NCBI GenBank assembly: GCA_949290355.1
Contig: CASERN010000011.1
Span: forward strand, 669,865 to 733,864
Length of the DNA stretch: 64,000 nucleotides
Reading direction: 5' to 3'
Origin: an uncultured bacterium
GTDB taxonomy: Bacteria; Cyanobacteriota; Vampirovibrionia; Gastranaerophilales; Gastranaerophilaceae
Below the pieces are notes generated by a model. That model was not told the DNA's origin and made no database searches. It saw nothing but the letters and a program-made list of their open reading frames with translations. Of this stretch, positions 55,610 through 64,000 are shown one piece after another. How positions within the stretch are numbered: position 1 is the stretch's first letter; every line of letters starts with the position of its first letter. A program made the position numbers and the translations under genes.

Positions 55610-56350
55610 ATGAAAAAAATATTCGGATTCACATTGGCAGAGGTATTGATTACTTTAGGAATTATAGGAGTTGTAGCAGCATTAACTATACCCTCTGTAA
55701 TTGGAAATTATAAAAAAGAGGTGACTGCTAAAAAATTAGAACATACCTATTCAGTATTATCTCAAGCACTAAGGGCTGCTCAAGCAGAACATGGAGACCC
55801 TGCTAATTGGGATCTAGGTGGTTTTTATTATGGTATGCCTGCAGATGGAAGTAAAGAAACTATTTTGAATAATTTCGCAAGTAATTATTTATTGCCTTAT
55901 TTGAAAGTGATTAAAGATTACGGTTTTGTTACAACAAGCCAAGCTTCAACAAAAGTAGGATATGACGGTCCTTATAAGCCTATATCAAATGACTTTGCCG
56001 GTTTAAATGAAGGATATTATTTTGTTTTAGCTGATGGTACTTTAGTAAATTTATTTCTAGGTTCAAATTGTTCAGGATATGATTCTGATGGAAAATGTAA
56101 TGCGTATTCATACGCTTATATAACTTTTGGTGTTGATATAAACGGTTCAAAAGGTAATAATCAACTCGGTAAAGAGTACTTTTTGATGTATTATAATCAA
56201 GCAACCCATAAATTTTTGATGTATAGTGCAGGAAATAATGCTTCTAGAGATTTTATGCGAAGCTCTTGTAATACTGATGATGCATTAAGTTGTGGTGGAC
56301 TTATTCAGTATGACGGATGGAAGATAAAGGATGATTACCCTTGGTTTTAG
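55610..56350 (+). CDS. Prepilin-type N-terminal cleavage/methylation domain protein (type IV pilin / pseudopilin-like)
   Basis: MKKIFG|FTLAEVLITLGIIGVVAALTIP. It has the shared motif FGVDINGSKGNNQLGKEYF and a C-terminal DGWKIK resembling NGWQMK of gene 1. Confidence 0.85.
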   Translation: MKKIFGFTLAEVLITLGIIGVVAALTIPSVIGNYKKEVTAKKLEHTYSVLSQALRAAQAEHGDPANWDLGGFYYGMPADGSKETILNNFASNYLLPYLKVIKDYGFVTTSQASTKVGYDGPYKPISNDFAGLNEGYYFVLADGTLVNLFLGSNCSGYDSDGKCNAYSYAYITFGVDINGSKGNNQLGKEYFLMYYNQATHKFLMYSAGNNASRDFMRSSCNTDDALSCGGLIQYDGWKIKDDYPWF

Positions 56351-57210
56351 TTAGGGCATCTGGCTAGCCAGATATCGCTCACTACATTTTCTAATACTCT
56401 TTTACTAACAGAACCTGTTAAAAAACGATCTAATTTTGATTTGTTTTTAGAACCTAATATTATTAGGTCAATATTGTGTGTTCTTGTATATTCTATTATT
56501 CGTTGTGCAGGTATGCCATTTAATATTGCTGTTTCATATGCTTTTATATTATATTGATTCAAGATTCTTTCTATATCTTCAATTGCGCTCGCTGCATATT
56601 TTTGTTGTTGTTTTTGTATTTCAAATAACCAATTTGTATCTAATGTCCCATCCAAAAATAAAAGATTAGGGTCTTCGTTTACCATGCAAATATGTATTTC
56701 TTTATTTTCTAAATTTAAAGATGGTATTATTTTATCTAATATATTCAAAGAACATTTTGTTCCATCTGTTGTGATAAGCAGTTTTTTCTTTTCGTTTTCT
56801 TCTTTTGAAATATAATTTGAGATTTTGCTGCTGTTGATTATTTCTTGGGATACTGATCCAAGCCATTTTTGCAGTCCCTTTTTCCCATGCGATCCCATTA
56901 AAATAAGATCATAATCTTTTTTGTTAGCCTGCTCAAGTATACTTTCAATTGCAGAGCCGCAATTTTTTATTTTTTCACCGGTTTTAAGACCTAATTTTTC
57001 AATTTCTTCTGTTGCATAATCAAGTATTGTATCGGCAACGTTAGCGCAAGAGTATGAAAAATTTTTTTCTTCTATATTTATTTCATCTGGTAAAAAACTC
57101 CAATCAATTACGCAAATAGTATCTATTTCTGCATTATTTATCCAGCCGTTAATGTTTTTTAATGCTTTAAAACTGATTTTTGAACCGTCTGTGCAAAATA
57201 ATATTTTCAT
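56347..57210 (-). CDS. Universal stress protein, tandem Usp domains
   Basis: Two repeats of the pattern MKILFCTDGS...LILMGSHGK / LLITTDGT...LIILGSKNKSKLDRFLTGSVS. SD is AAGGAG. Confidence 0.75.
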   Translation of the reverse strand: MKILFCTDGSKISFKALKNINGWINNAEIDTICVIDWSFLPDEINIEEKNFSYSCANVADTILDYATEEIEKLGLKTGEKIKNCGSAIESILEQANKKDYDLILMGSHGKKGLQKWLGSVSQEIINSSKISNYISKEENEKKKLLITTDGTKCSLNILDKIIPSLNLENKEIHICMVNEDPNLLFLDGTLDTNWLFEIQKQQQKYAASAIEDIERILNQYNIKAYETAILNGIPAQRIIEYTRTHNIDLIILGSKNKSKLDRFLTGSVSKRVLENVVSDIWLARCPN

Positions 57211-57344
57211 ATATTCTCCTTTTTTTATATTTTTTCTAAATTAAATATAATTTATGTTAAGAGAAATTACATTGTCTGGTATTCTATATTTTTTTTTGTT
57301 ATTATGTTGTTAGGGAAATGTTTTTATAGGAATATGTTATAGTC

Positions 57345-57962
57345 ATGACAGCAAAGCAAAACATTCGTCAAAAGATTAATTTAAGCGATTATAAGAATTT
57401 AGTTGATACAATTGCAAAGGTTGAGTACCAAAAATTTTCTACATCTCATCTCATAGAATTGCCTGAACTTATTAATATTGGAAATCATACATTATATATT
57501 TTATTTAAAAATAATCCTCCAGAACATTTCAACAATACATATCTATCTACCGCAATCAAATGGGCTATAAGAAACGAAGTAAGACGAAGATATAAATGGT
57601 ATTCTTTAAAAAATAAAAGACAGCAGGCAGTAGATGATAATGAAAATTTGAGGGAAGAAGTATATAAAACAATTCTTTCTATTGATGAAATGCAAGAAGC
57701 TGAAGTGCCAACTCAAATTAAGGCAGATGATTTAACTCCAGAGGAAAGTATTGAGCTTTCTGAATTAAAATCTGAGATATTGGAATCAATGAAAAAGCTG
57801 CCTCAAAGGGAAAGAGAATTAATTGAGTATAAGTTCTTTAAAGAAAAAAAATTAAGAGAAATTGCAGAAGAGTTTAATATTTCTCAATCAAGAATTTCTC
57901 GCATTATTCAATCAGGTTTGGATAAAATAAAAAGAGATTTAAAAAAACAGGGGATTATTTAG
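57345..57962 (+). CDS. Sigma-70 family sigma factor (group 3, FliA/SigF-like region 4)
   Basis: Region 2-like LSTAIKWAIRNEVRR. Region 4 reads LPQRERELIEYKFFKEKKLREIAEEFNISQSRISRIIQSGLDKIK. There is no clear SD, so the start is uncertain. Confidence 0.7.
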   Translation: MTAKQNIRQKINLSDYKNLVDTIAKVEYQKFSTSHLIELPELINIGNHTLYILFKNNPPEHFNNTYLSTAIKWAIRNEVRRRYKWYSLKNKRQQAVDDNENLREEVYKTILSIDEMQEAEVPTQIKADDLTPEESIELSELKSEILESMKKLPQRERELIEYKFFKEKKLREIAEEFNISQSRISRIIQSGLDKIKRDLKKQGII

Positions 57963-59386
57963 TGGATACAATTTTTGAAAAAAGTAATGGAATTTCAGGT
58001 ATAACTTTAACCGATGAAAAAGAAGACCTGTCATTCATTGATAAATCTTTATTAAGAAATTCTGAAATAGGTTTGCCTCAAGTAAGTGAACTACAAGCTA
58101 TGCGTCATTATAAAGAGTTATCTGACAAGAATTTTTGTATAGAAAAAGGTTTCTATCCTTTAGGTTCTTGTACAATGAAATATAACCCTAAAGTAAATGA
58201 ATTGTTAGCAAGTTTAGAAGGGTTTGCAAATTTACATCCGCTTTCTGATGATTTTGACTGTCAAGGTGCTCTTGAATTAATGTATAATCTTCAAGAATTA
58301 CTAAAAAAGATAACCGGTATGAGTGCTGTTTCTTTGCTACCAGCTGCTGGAGCTCATGGAGAGCTTACTGGAATGATGGTAATAAAAAAATATTTTGAAG
58401 TAAAAGGTGATAAACGCAAGAAAGTTATTATTCCTGATTCCGCTCATGGTACTAATCCCGCAAGTGCTCATCTTTGTGGCTTTGATGTAGTTTCTGTTAA
58501 ATCAAATGAAAAAGGTCAGGTTGATATTGAAGCATTAAAAGAAATTTTAGACAAAGATGTTGCTGCAATAATGATGACTAACCCAAATACTTTAGGTATT
58601 TTTGAAGAACATGTTCTTGAAATATCAAAATTAATGCATGAAAATGGTTCTTTGCTTTATTATGATGGAGCAAATCTTAATGCAGTAATGGGTTATACAA
58701 ATCCAAAATTAATGGGATTTGATGTCGTTCATTTGAATTTGCATAAAACATTTTCAACTCCTCATGGGGGTGGCGGTCCTGGTGCTGGCCCAGTTTGTGT
58801 AACCGATGAATTAAAGGATTGTCTGCCAGTTCCTGTTGTTGATTTTAATGGAGAAAAATATTTTAGAAATTATGATTTAGAGCATACAATTGGAAAGGTA
58901 AAAGCTTTTTATGGTAATTTCGGAGTTTTAATAAAAGCATATGCATACATCCTTATGATGGGTGATAATTTAAAAGAAGCAAGTGCAAATGCTGTTTTGA
59001 ATGCAAATTATTTAAAAGAAAAATTAAAACAAGCATACCTTCTCCCATATGATGTTCCTTGTATGCATGAATTTGTGCTTTCTGGCGAAAAAATAAAGGA
59101 ACAGTATGGTGTATCAACATTAAATATTGCAAAAGCATTAATGGATGATAATACTCATCCTCCAACTGTTTATTTCCCATTAATTGTTCATGAGGCAATT
59201 ATGATTGAGCCTACGGAATCTGAGACAAAGGATGTTCTTGACAATTTTATTTCTGTAATGTTAAAAATTGCTAAAGAGGCTGAGAATAATTCTGAAAAAC
59301 TCATTTCTGCTCCTCATAATACTCCAGTAAAAAGGATTGATGAAACATTAGCTGCTCGTCATCCTAATTTAAAATTTGTACAGTAA
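57962..59386 (+). CDS. gcvPB: Glycine dehydrogenase (aminomethyl-transferring) subunit 2
   Basis: PLP-lysine motif HLNLHKTFSTPHGGGGPGAGP. The GTG start overlaps the sigma-factor stop by 1 nt. Confidence 0.9.
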   Translation: MDTIFEKSNGISGITLTDEKEDLSFIDKSLLRNSEIGLPQVSELQAMRHYKELSDKNFCIEKGFYPLGSCTMKYNPKVNELLASLEGFANLHPLSDDFDCQGALELMYNLQELLKKITGMSAVSLLPAAGAHGELTGMMVIKKYFEVKGDKRKKVIIPDSAHGTNPASAHLCGFDVVSVKSNEKGQVDIEALKEILDKDVAAIMMTNPNTLGIFEEHVLEISKLMHENGSLLYYDGANLNAVMGYTNPKLMGFDVVHLNLHKTFSTPHGGGGPGAGPVCVTDELKDCLPVPVVDFNGEKYFRNYDLEHTIGKVKAFYGNFGVLIKAYAYILMMGDNLKEASANAVLNANYLKEKLKQAYLLPYDVPCMHEFVLSGEKIKEQYGVSTLNIAKALMDDNTHPPTVYFPLIVHEAIMIEPTESETKDVLDNFISVMLKIAKEAENNSEKLISAPHNTPVKRIDETLAARHPNLKFVQ

Positions 59387-59408
59387 AAAAAGATAAGAGA
59401 TAAATAAA

Positions 59409-60551
59409 ATGACAGATAAAAAGAAAAAATTAAAAGTAGCATTCCCTCATATGGGAACAGTATATATAGCTTGGTCAGCAGCTTTGAAAAAAGTTGGTGT
59501 AGAACCTTTTGTACCACCTTATACGAGCAAAAAGACTCTTTCCTTAGGTACAAAACATTCTCCAGAGGCTATATGCTTGCCTTACAAGTTAATTTTAGGT
59601 AACTTTATTGAAGCCATTGAAGGTGGAACTGATTATGTTGCAATGATTTCATCTCCTGGTTGTTGCAGATTAGGTGAATATGGAAATTGTATTTATAATG
59701 CACTTACTGATTTAGGCTATCATACAAAGTATATTGAATTAACTCTTTATGACGGAATAAAGGGAATGTATGACTTTTTAAAAAAAATTAGCGGGAAAAA
59801 TGATCCGATTTTATTTGCAAGAGCTATTAATATTGCGATAAGAAAAGTTTTTGTCCTTGATGATTTAGAAAATTTATTATCATATTATAGAGCAAGAGAA
59901 ATAAAATTTGGGGATGCTGAAAAACATTATCATAAAGCTATTAATTACATTAAAGATGCTGATAATACAAGAAAATTGAACAAAGCAAAGAAAATGGCTT
60001 TTGAAGAAATGAAAAAGACCGAAATTGATCCTAATAAAGAGGTTTTGAATGTTGATTTAACAGGAGAGATTTATCTTGTATGCGATCAATTTTCTAATCA
60101 GGATATTACGAGAGAACTTGGTAAAATGGGGGTTCAAACAAGACGCAGTTTGACTATTAGTAGTTTCTTGAAGGATGCTATTATTCCTAAAGTTTTCAGA
60201 AAAGGTGAAACTCATCTTCAAAGAGCTTATCGTCTTGCAAAACCTTATTTGATGCGTGATATTGGAGGTGATTCTCTTGAGTGCGTATCAGATGTTGCTT
60301 ATGCTGATGAGAGAGGTATAGACGGTATTATTCATATTAGTCCGTTTACTTGCATGCCTGAAATTATGTCGCAGAATATTTTCCCTGCAATGAGAGAAAA
60401 TTGTGATATTCCAATTTTACCTTTAATAATGGATGAGCAGACCGGTAAAGCTGGATATATAACAAGATTGGAAGCCTTTGTTGATTTGATGAGGAGACGT
60501 AAAAGAAAATTAGCCGCTGAACAACAAAATCAACCTGAGCTTGCTAAGTAA
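59409..60551 (+). CDS. Stand-alone DUF2229-type protein (acyl-CoA dehydratase activase-associated domain)
   Basis: KVAFPHMGTVYIAWSAALKKVGVEPFVPPYTSKKTLSLGTKHSPEAICLPYKLILGNF matches my recollection of the family N-terminal pattern. Confidence 0.55.
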   Translation: MTDKKKKLKVAFPHMGTVYIAWSAALKKVGVEPFVPPYTSKKTLSLGTKHSPEAICLPYKLILGNFIEAIEGGTDYVAMISSPGCCRLGEYGNCIYNALTDLGYHTKYIELTLYDGIKGMYDFLKKISGKNDPILFARAINIAIRKVFVLDDLENLLSYYRAREIKFGDAEKHYHKAINYIKDADNTRKLNKAKKMAFEEMKKTEIDPNKEVLNVDLTGEIYLVCDQFSNQDITRELGKMGVQTRRSLTISSFLKDAIIPKVFRKGETHLQRAYRLAKPYLMRDIGGDSLECVSDVAYADERGIDGIIHISPFTCMPEIMSQNIFPAMRENCDIPILPLIMDEQTGKAGYITRLEAFVDLMRRRKRKLAAEQQNQPELAK

Positions 60552-60594
60552 ATAGGTTATTACATAAAAATTTGTAAGAGGTTATCATAGACTT

Positions 60595-61458
60595 ATGCAT
60601 AAAATATTTAAAGAGGCAGTGAAAATAACAAATTACAATATTATATTAACTATTCCGTTAATTATATTTGTCAAAATCTTGGATTTGTATTCTTTATATT
60701 CAAGATATCATGTTGATTCTACTCCAAAATTTATATTAGCGTCAATAACTGTTTTATTTATGTTCGCAGTATTTTGTGCAAGTTGGTTTTATATGGTAAA
60801 AGGTGCTATCGATCTATCTAAAAAAGTATTTGTATTGGATGAAGATAGGGCTAAAGCAACTTTAAATTTATTCAAAACTATACCGGACGGAATTAGTAAA
60901 TTCTTTTTGCCTTTTGTTGGTGTGTATATAATATTTATTCTAATTCAAGTCTTTGCTACACCTTTGGTTTCTATGATAGGAGTAAAAGTTATCGGAAGCC
61001 TTGATGCAGTTTCAATGCAGCATTTACAACAAATTACGATTGATTCATCTTTGACGACGCCTGAGGGAATGGCAGAATTTATCAACAGTTTGACTCCTGA
61101 GCAGATAATATTTTTTGGAAAATGGAGTTTATTGTTTATGTTTTTTACTTCATTAATAATGTATTTACTTTTGCTATGGATTCCTGAAATTGTTTATTCA
61201 ACTCCAAATCCAATAGTTGCTTTATGGAGAGGGTTGTGTAAATTATTTAAAGATTTTTTTGTAAGTGTTAGATTGTATCTAGCTTTGTGGTTTCTTGGAT
61301 TTATTTTACTTTTTATAAATACTTTTGCGCTCATTAATCCTATTGCTTATATAGTAATGAGTATATTGTTATTTTATTTTTCGGTTTATTTTGTTATTGT
61401 TATATTTTTGTACTATGACAAAACTTTTGTAGAATTGGAAAATCATGAAGACGATTAA
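60595..61458 (+). CDS. Hypothetical polytopic membrane protein
   Basis: It has about six hydrophobic helices and no recognisable motif. Confidence 0.5.
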   Translation: MHKIFKEAVKITNYNIILTIPLIIFVKILDLYSLYSRYHVDSTPKFILASITVLFMFAVFCASWFYMVKGAIDLSKKVFVLDEDRAKATLNLFKTIPDGISKFFLPFVGVYIIFILIQVFATPLVSMIGVKVIGSLDAVSMQHLQQITIDSSLTTPEGMAEFINSLTPEQIIFFGKWSLLFMFFTSLIMYLLLLWIPEIVYSTPNPIVALWRGLCKLFKDFFVSVRLYLALWFLGFILLFINTFALINPIAYIVMSILLFYFSVYFVIVIFLYYDKTFVELENHEDD

Positions 61459-62323
61459 GAAAACTAAGGTATATGCAATTGTTGGTGCTACAGCAAGTGG
61501 GAAAAGTGCTTATGCGGTGGATTTGGCTAAAAAATTAGATGGAGAAATTGTTTCTGCTGATTCACGATTGGTATATAGGGGATTTGATATTGCAACAGCA
61601 AAGCCTACTTTTGAGGAGATGGCAGGTATTCCTCATTATATGATCGATGTTGTAGAACCTGAAGTTGATTATTCTGCAGGTCTTTATGCCAAAGAAGCAA
61701 AAAAACATATTGATAATATTATTTCAAAAGGTAAAATCCCTATTGTTGTAGGTGGTACTGGGTTATATTTTAGAGTTTTGTTAGAAAATTATGATCTCCC
61801 AAATGTTGCACCTGATTATAATTTGCGGAATGAGCTTTCTGAAAAATCTTTTGATGAATTGTTAAATATTTTATTAAAATTGGATATTGATGCTGCAAGT
61901 TCTGTAGAATTAAATGATAAAAAGAAATTAATTCGTTATATTGAAATTGTAAAATCTACAGGTGTATCTTTAAGTAATGCAAGAGGAATAAAAGATTGTG
62001 ATTATGATGTTGAGTGGATTGGGTTAAATTTCCCAAGGGAAATTTTATATTCAAGAATAAATGATAGAGTCGAACAGATGATTGAAAAAGGCTTAATAAA
62101 AGAGACTGAAAAGCTTTTGCAGCAGCATGGACGAATTAAAAACATTGTAGATACAATAGGTTATAAAGAAATAATATCTTATTTGGATGGTCAATGTACT
62201 TTAGACAATGCCATAAATAAATTAAAACAAAATACAAGAAATTACGCTAAAAGGCAATTAACATGGTTTAGAAAAAATGAAAAAATAAATTGGAACTGTT
62301 ATCCTGAGAAAAAGAAGAAATAA
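61445..62323 (+). CDS. miaA: tRNA dimethylallyltransferase
   Basis: P-loop IVGATASGKS. SADSRLVYRGFDIATAKP, HYMIDV and VGGTGLYF are also present. Confidence 0.9.
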   Translation: MKTIKKTKVYAIVGATASGKSAYAVDLAKKLDGEIVSADSRLVYRGFDIATAKPTFEEMAGIPHYMIDVVEPEVDYSAGLYAKEAKKHIDNIISKGKIPIVVGGTGLYFRVLLENYDLPNVAPDYNLRNELSEKSFDELLNILLKLDIDAASSVELNDKKKLIRYIEIVKSTGVSLSNARGIKDCDYDVEWIGLNFPREILYSRINDRVEQMIEKGLIKETEKLLQQHGRIKNIVDTIGYKEIISYLDGQCTLDNAINKLKQNTRNYAKRQLTWFRKNEKINWNCYPEKKKK

Positions 62324-62358
62324 TTTCCAAATTGATATTTCAATCAAAAGGGGTGTGG

Positions 62359-64000
62359 ATGATGAACAAATTTGTTAAATATTTTGGTATAACTTTTGTA
62401 AGTATAATTGCAATTTTATATTTGTTATTTTTAGTTGTTCCTTTTTTCCTTACAGGATTAATAAATTCATATAATGAACAAATTGTGAAATTTGTTGAAG
62501 AATCTTGCGGATTAAAAGTTAAAATAGAAAACATAAAATTGTTAACAACTCCAAAATTAACTATTGGTGGCGGTGTCCGTCATTTAGAAGTTGCGTTGTC
62601 TAGTGGTGAAACATTTCTTACAGCTGATAATGTTAATGCAAAATTGTCTTTGATTCCAATAATTATAAAAAAAATTGAATTGGATAGTATAAGTGCGGAT
62701 AACGTTAATTTTAATATAAAAGTAAAGAAAGACGGAGATTTTTTAATCGCAGATTTGATAAATTCTAAAGAGCAAAATAGTGATAATCAACAGCCTGTTG
62801 TAAATTCTTTACCTTATGGATTAAAGCTTTCTAATCATTTGCCTAATATTCAATTAAATAATTATAATATTTCATTTATAGATATTTCAACAGACAAGAC
62901 ATATTCAATATATGGAAATAATTTTTCAATAAATGATTTTATTTTTAATAAGAAAATAAAATTAGTTGTTGATGGGAAGTTTATGCTTCAGGATAGAGTT
63001 CAATTTAATTATGATTTAAAGTTATTGAATAAAATTATGCCTGATGTTGATTTTAACGATTTTATTTTTACTTCAGCTGTTTCAGATAATGCTGAGTCTC
63101 AGAATTTTAATTTTAATATAATAGATTTTTTTGATGCTATTCATAAAAATTACTTAACTGCTGATTTAAATGGCGATTTAAAAGTATTTGGAAATGCTCA
63201 AGATGTTTTATTAAATGGCTTTTTAAATATTTCTAATCTGGGCATAGCTGTAAATTCAAAAAATTTGCCAAAGAGTAATATCGATTTAAAATTTAAACAT
63301 AATAAGACTGATATTTATGCGAAGTTATATACATCTGTTAATGAGATAACAGAGTTGATTGGAGATTTTAAAATAGGTAATCACCCTAGTTTTAATTTGA
63401 ATTGTAAGTCAAATGCAAGATTTGAAAGTATTTTAAGTATGTTAAAGAGTATCGCTAAATCTTTTGAATATAATGATCTAGATACTTTAACTGCTAAAGG
63501 TGGTGTTGATGCAGATTTTTCTATTAGTTCAAATCTTAAAAAAGTTGATTCTTCAGGGTATTTAAAAATAAATTCAGCTTCATTGGCTTATAAAATTTAT
63601 AATATTTTGGTTGATAATATAAATGCTGATATTGATTTTTCCAATAATATTGTTAATATAAAAAATGCTGGTTTTTCTATATTTTCGCATCCATTTAAAT
63701 TGAATGGTACAATCTCTCATAAGGCAGATGCAAATATTAATATTATTGCTGATAATCTCCAGTTAAAGAGTCTTTTGCTTGCATTAGGGCAATTATCTGT
63801 ACTGAAAGAAAACAATATTAATAGCGGAACATTTTCTATGAATGCTTCTTTGAAAGGTAGACTTGATAAAATTGTACCAAAAGTAAATGTAAGTATCGAT
63901 AATGTTAATGTGAAAAATTTACCGTCAAATACAAATATTTCACTTTTAAATTCTAAAATAAATTTTACTACAGATTGGAAAAAATCAAGTGGTGATATTG
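62359..64000 (+). CDS. AsmA/TamB-like large envelope protein, N-terminal part (continues beyond the window)
   Basis: The frame is open from the ATG at 62359 (SD AAAGGGG) to the window end. It has an N-terminal TM anchor followed by long Asn/Ile/Lys-rich beta-strand-like repeats, which is typical AsmA-family architecture. It is absent from the ORF track because no stop is reached. Confidence 0.5.
   Translation, partial: MMNKFVKYFGITFVSIIAILYLLFLVVPFFLTGLINSYNEQIVKFVEESCGLKVKIENIKLLTTPKLTIGGGVRHLEVALSSGETFLTADNVNAKLSLIPIIIKKIELDSISADNVNFNIKVKKDGDFLIADLINSKEQNSDNQQPVVNSLPYGLKLSNHLPNIQLNNYNISFIDISTDKTYSIYGNNFSINDFIFNKKIKLVVDGKFMLQDRVQFNYDLKLLNKIMPDVDFNDFIFTSAVSDNAESQNFNFNIIDFFDAIHKNYLTADLNGDLKVFGNAQDVLLNGFLNISNLGIAVNSKNLPKSNIDLKFKHNKTDIYAKLYTSVNEITELIGDFKIGNHPSFNLNCKSNARFESILSMLKSIAKSFEYNDLDTLTAKGGVDADFSISSNLKKVDSSGYLKINSASLAYKIYNILVDNINADIDFSNNIVNIKNAGFSIFSHPFKLNGTISHKADANINIIADNLQLKSLLLALGQLSVLKENNINSGTFSMNASLKGRLDKIVPKVNVSIDNVNVKNLPSNTNISLLNSKINFTTDWKKSSGDI

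Noticed and set aside
57900-57962. A glycine riboswitch upstream of gcvPB.
   Set aside because: There is no intergenic space, because gcvPB starts on the stop codon of the preceding sigma-factor gene.
1-64000. Alternative genetic code, CRISPR arrays, tRNA or rRNA genes, IS elements, integrases and prophage genes.
   Set aside because: Long uninterrupted ORFs with standard stops and TGG for Trp argue for code 11. I saw no regularly spaced direct repeats. I saw no GC-rich tRNA-like or rRNA-like islands in any intergenic region. No transposase, integrase or reverse-transcriptase motif appeared in any ORF.

Overview
The window is visibly AT-rich (about 30% G+C by eye, not computed) and densely coding. 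It reads with the standard bacterial code, since long ORFs use TGG for Trp and show no in-frame TGA or TAG. I see about 58 protein genes and no rRNA, tRNA, CRISPR array, transposase, integrase or phage genes, so it looks like core chromosome rather than a mobile island. All function calls come from motifs I recognise by eye; no database search was possible.

Likely source (inference only): a diderm, fermentative, low-GC bacterium such as the Melainabacteria/Gastranaerophilales type. The clues are an AsmA/TamB-like envelope protein, prepilins with a G|FTLAEVLITLGIIGVVAA N-terminus, a Na+-pumping oxaloacetate decarboxylase and glycogen genes.

Recognisable content:
- Central metabolism: birA (3' end)-oadG-oadA-oadB, purN-like, glgC, a LeuA-like/LeuC-like pair, a divergent GT35 glucan-phosphorylase homologue, a divergent 754-aa phosphohexomutase, gcvPB and a DUF2229 protein.
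- Regulation: an ECF sigma/anti-sigma pair, an orphan histidine kinase, a CHASE2-GGDEF cyclase, a tandem USP protein and a group-3 sigma factor.
- Chromosome and translation: an smc-scpA-scpB operon, tig-clpP-clpX-polA, tlyA, tatD, proS, rpmE, miaA and ybaK.
- Envelope: a PLD fusion protein, a YdjC deacetylase divergent from an ArnC-like GT2, two tandem plsC paralogues, gatD-gtrA, and two prepilin-like genes.

Most interesting signal: a duplicated regulatory module in front of the two prepilin-like genes, at about 50.40-50.54 kb and 55.47-55.61 kb.
- A 111-nt leader is 108/111 identical between the two loci, while the adjacent coding sequence has already diverged at many synonymous sites.
- Each leader holds a G10 homopolymer. 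These are the only G or C runs longer than 5 that I found in the 64 kb.
- Each G10 lies inside a Shine-Dalgarno-preceded 15-codon upstream ORF. One extra G would fuse that ORF in frame to the prepilin gene.
- A consensus extended -10 promoter sits between the tract and the prepilin start.
- I read this as a candidate phase-variable or recoding switch for pilin-like surface proteins.

Second notable point: the GT35 phosphorylase homologue has Ser where the invariant pyridoxal-phosphate lysine should be.
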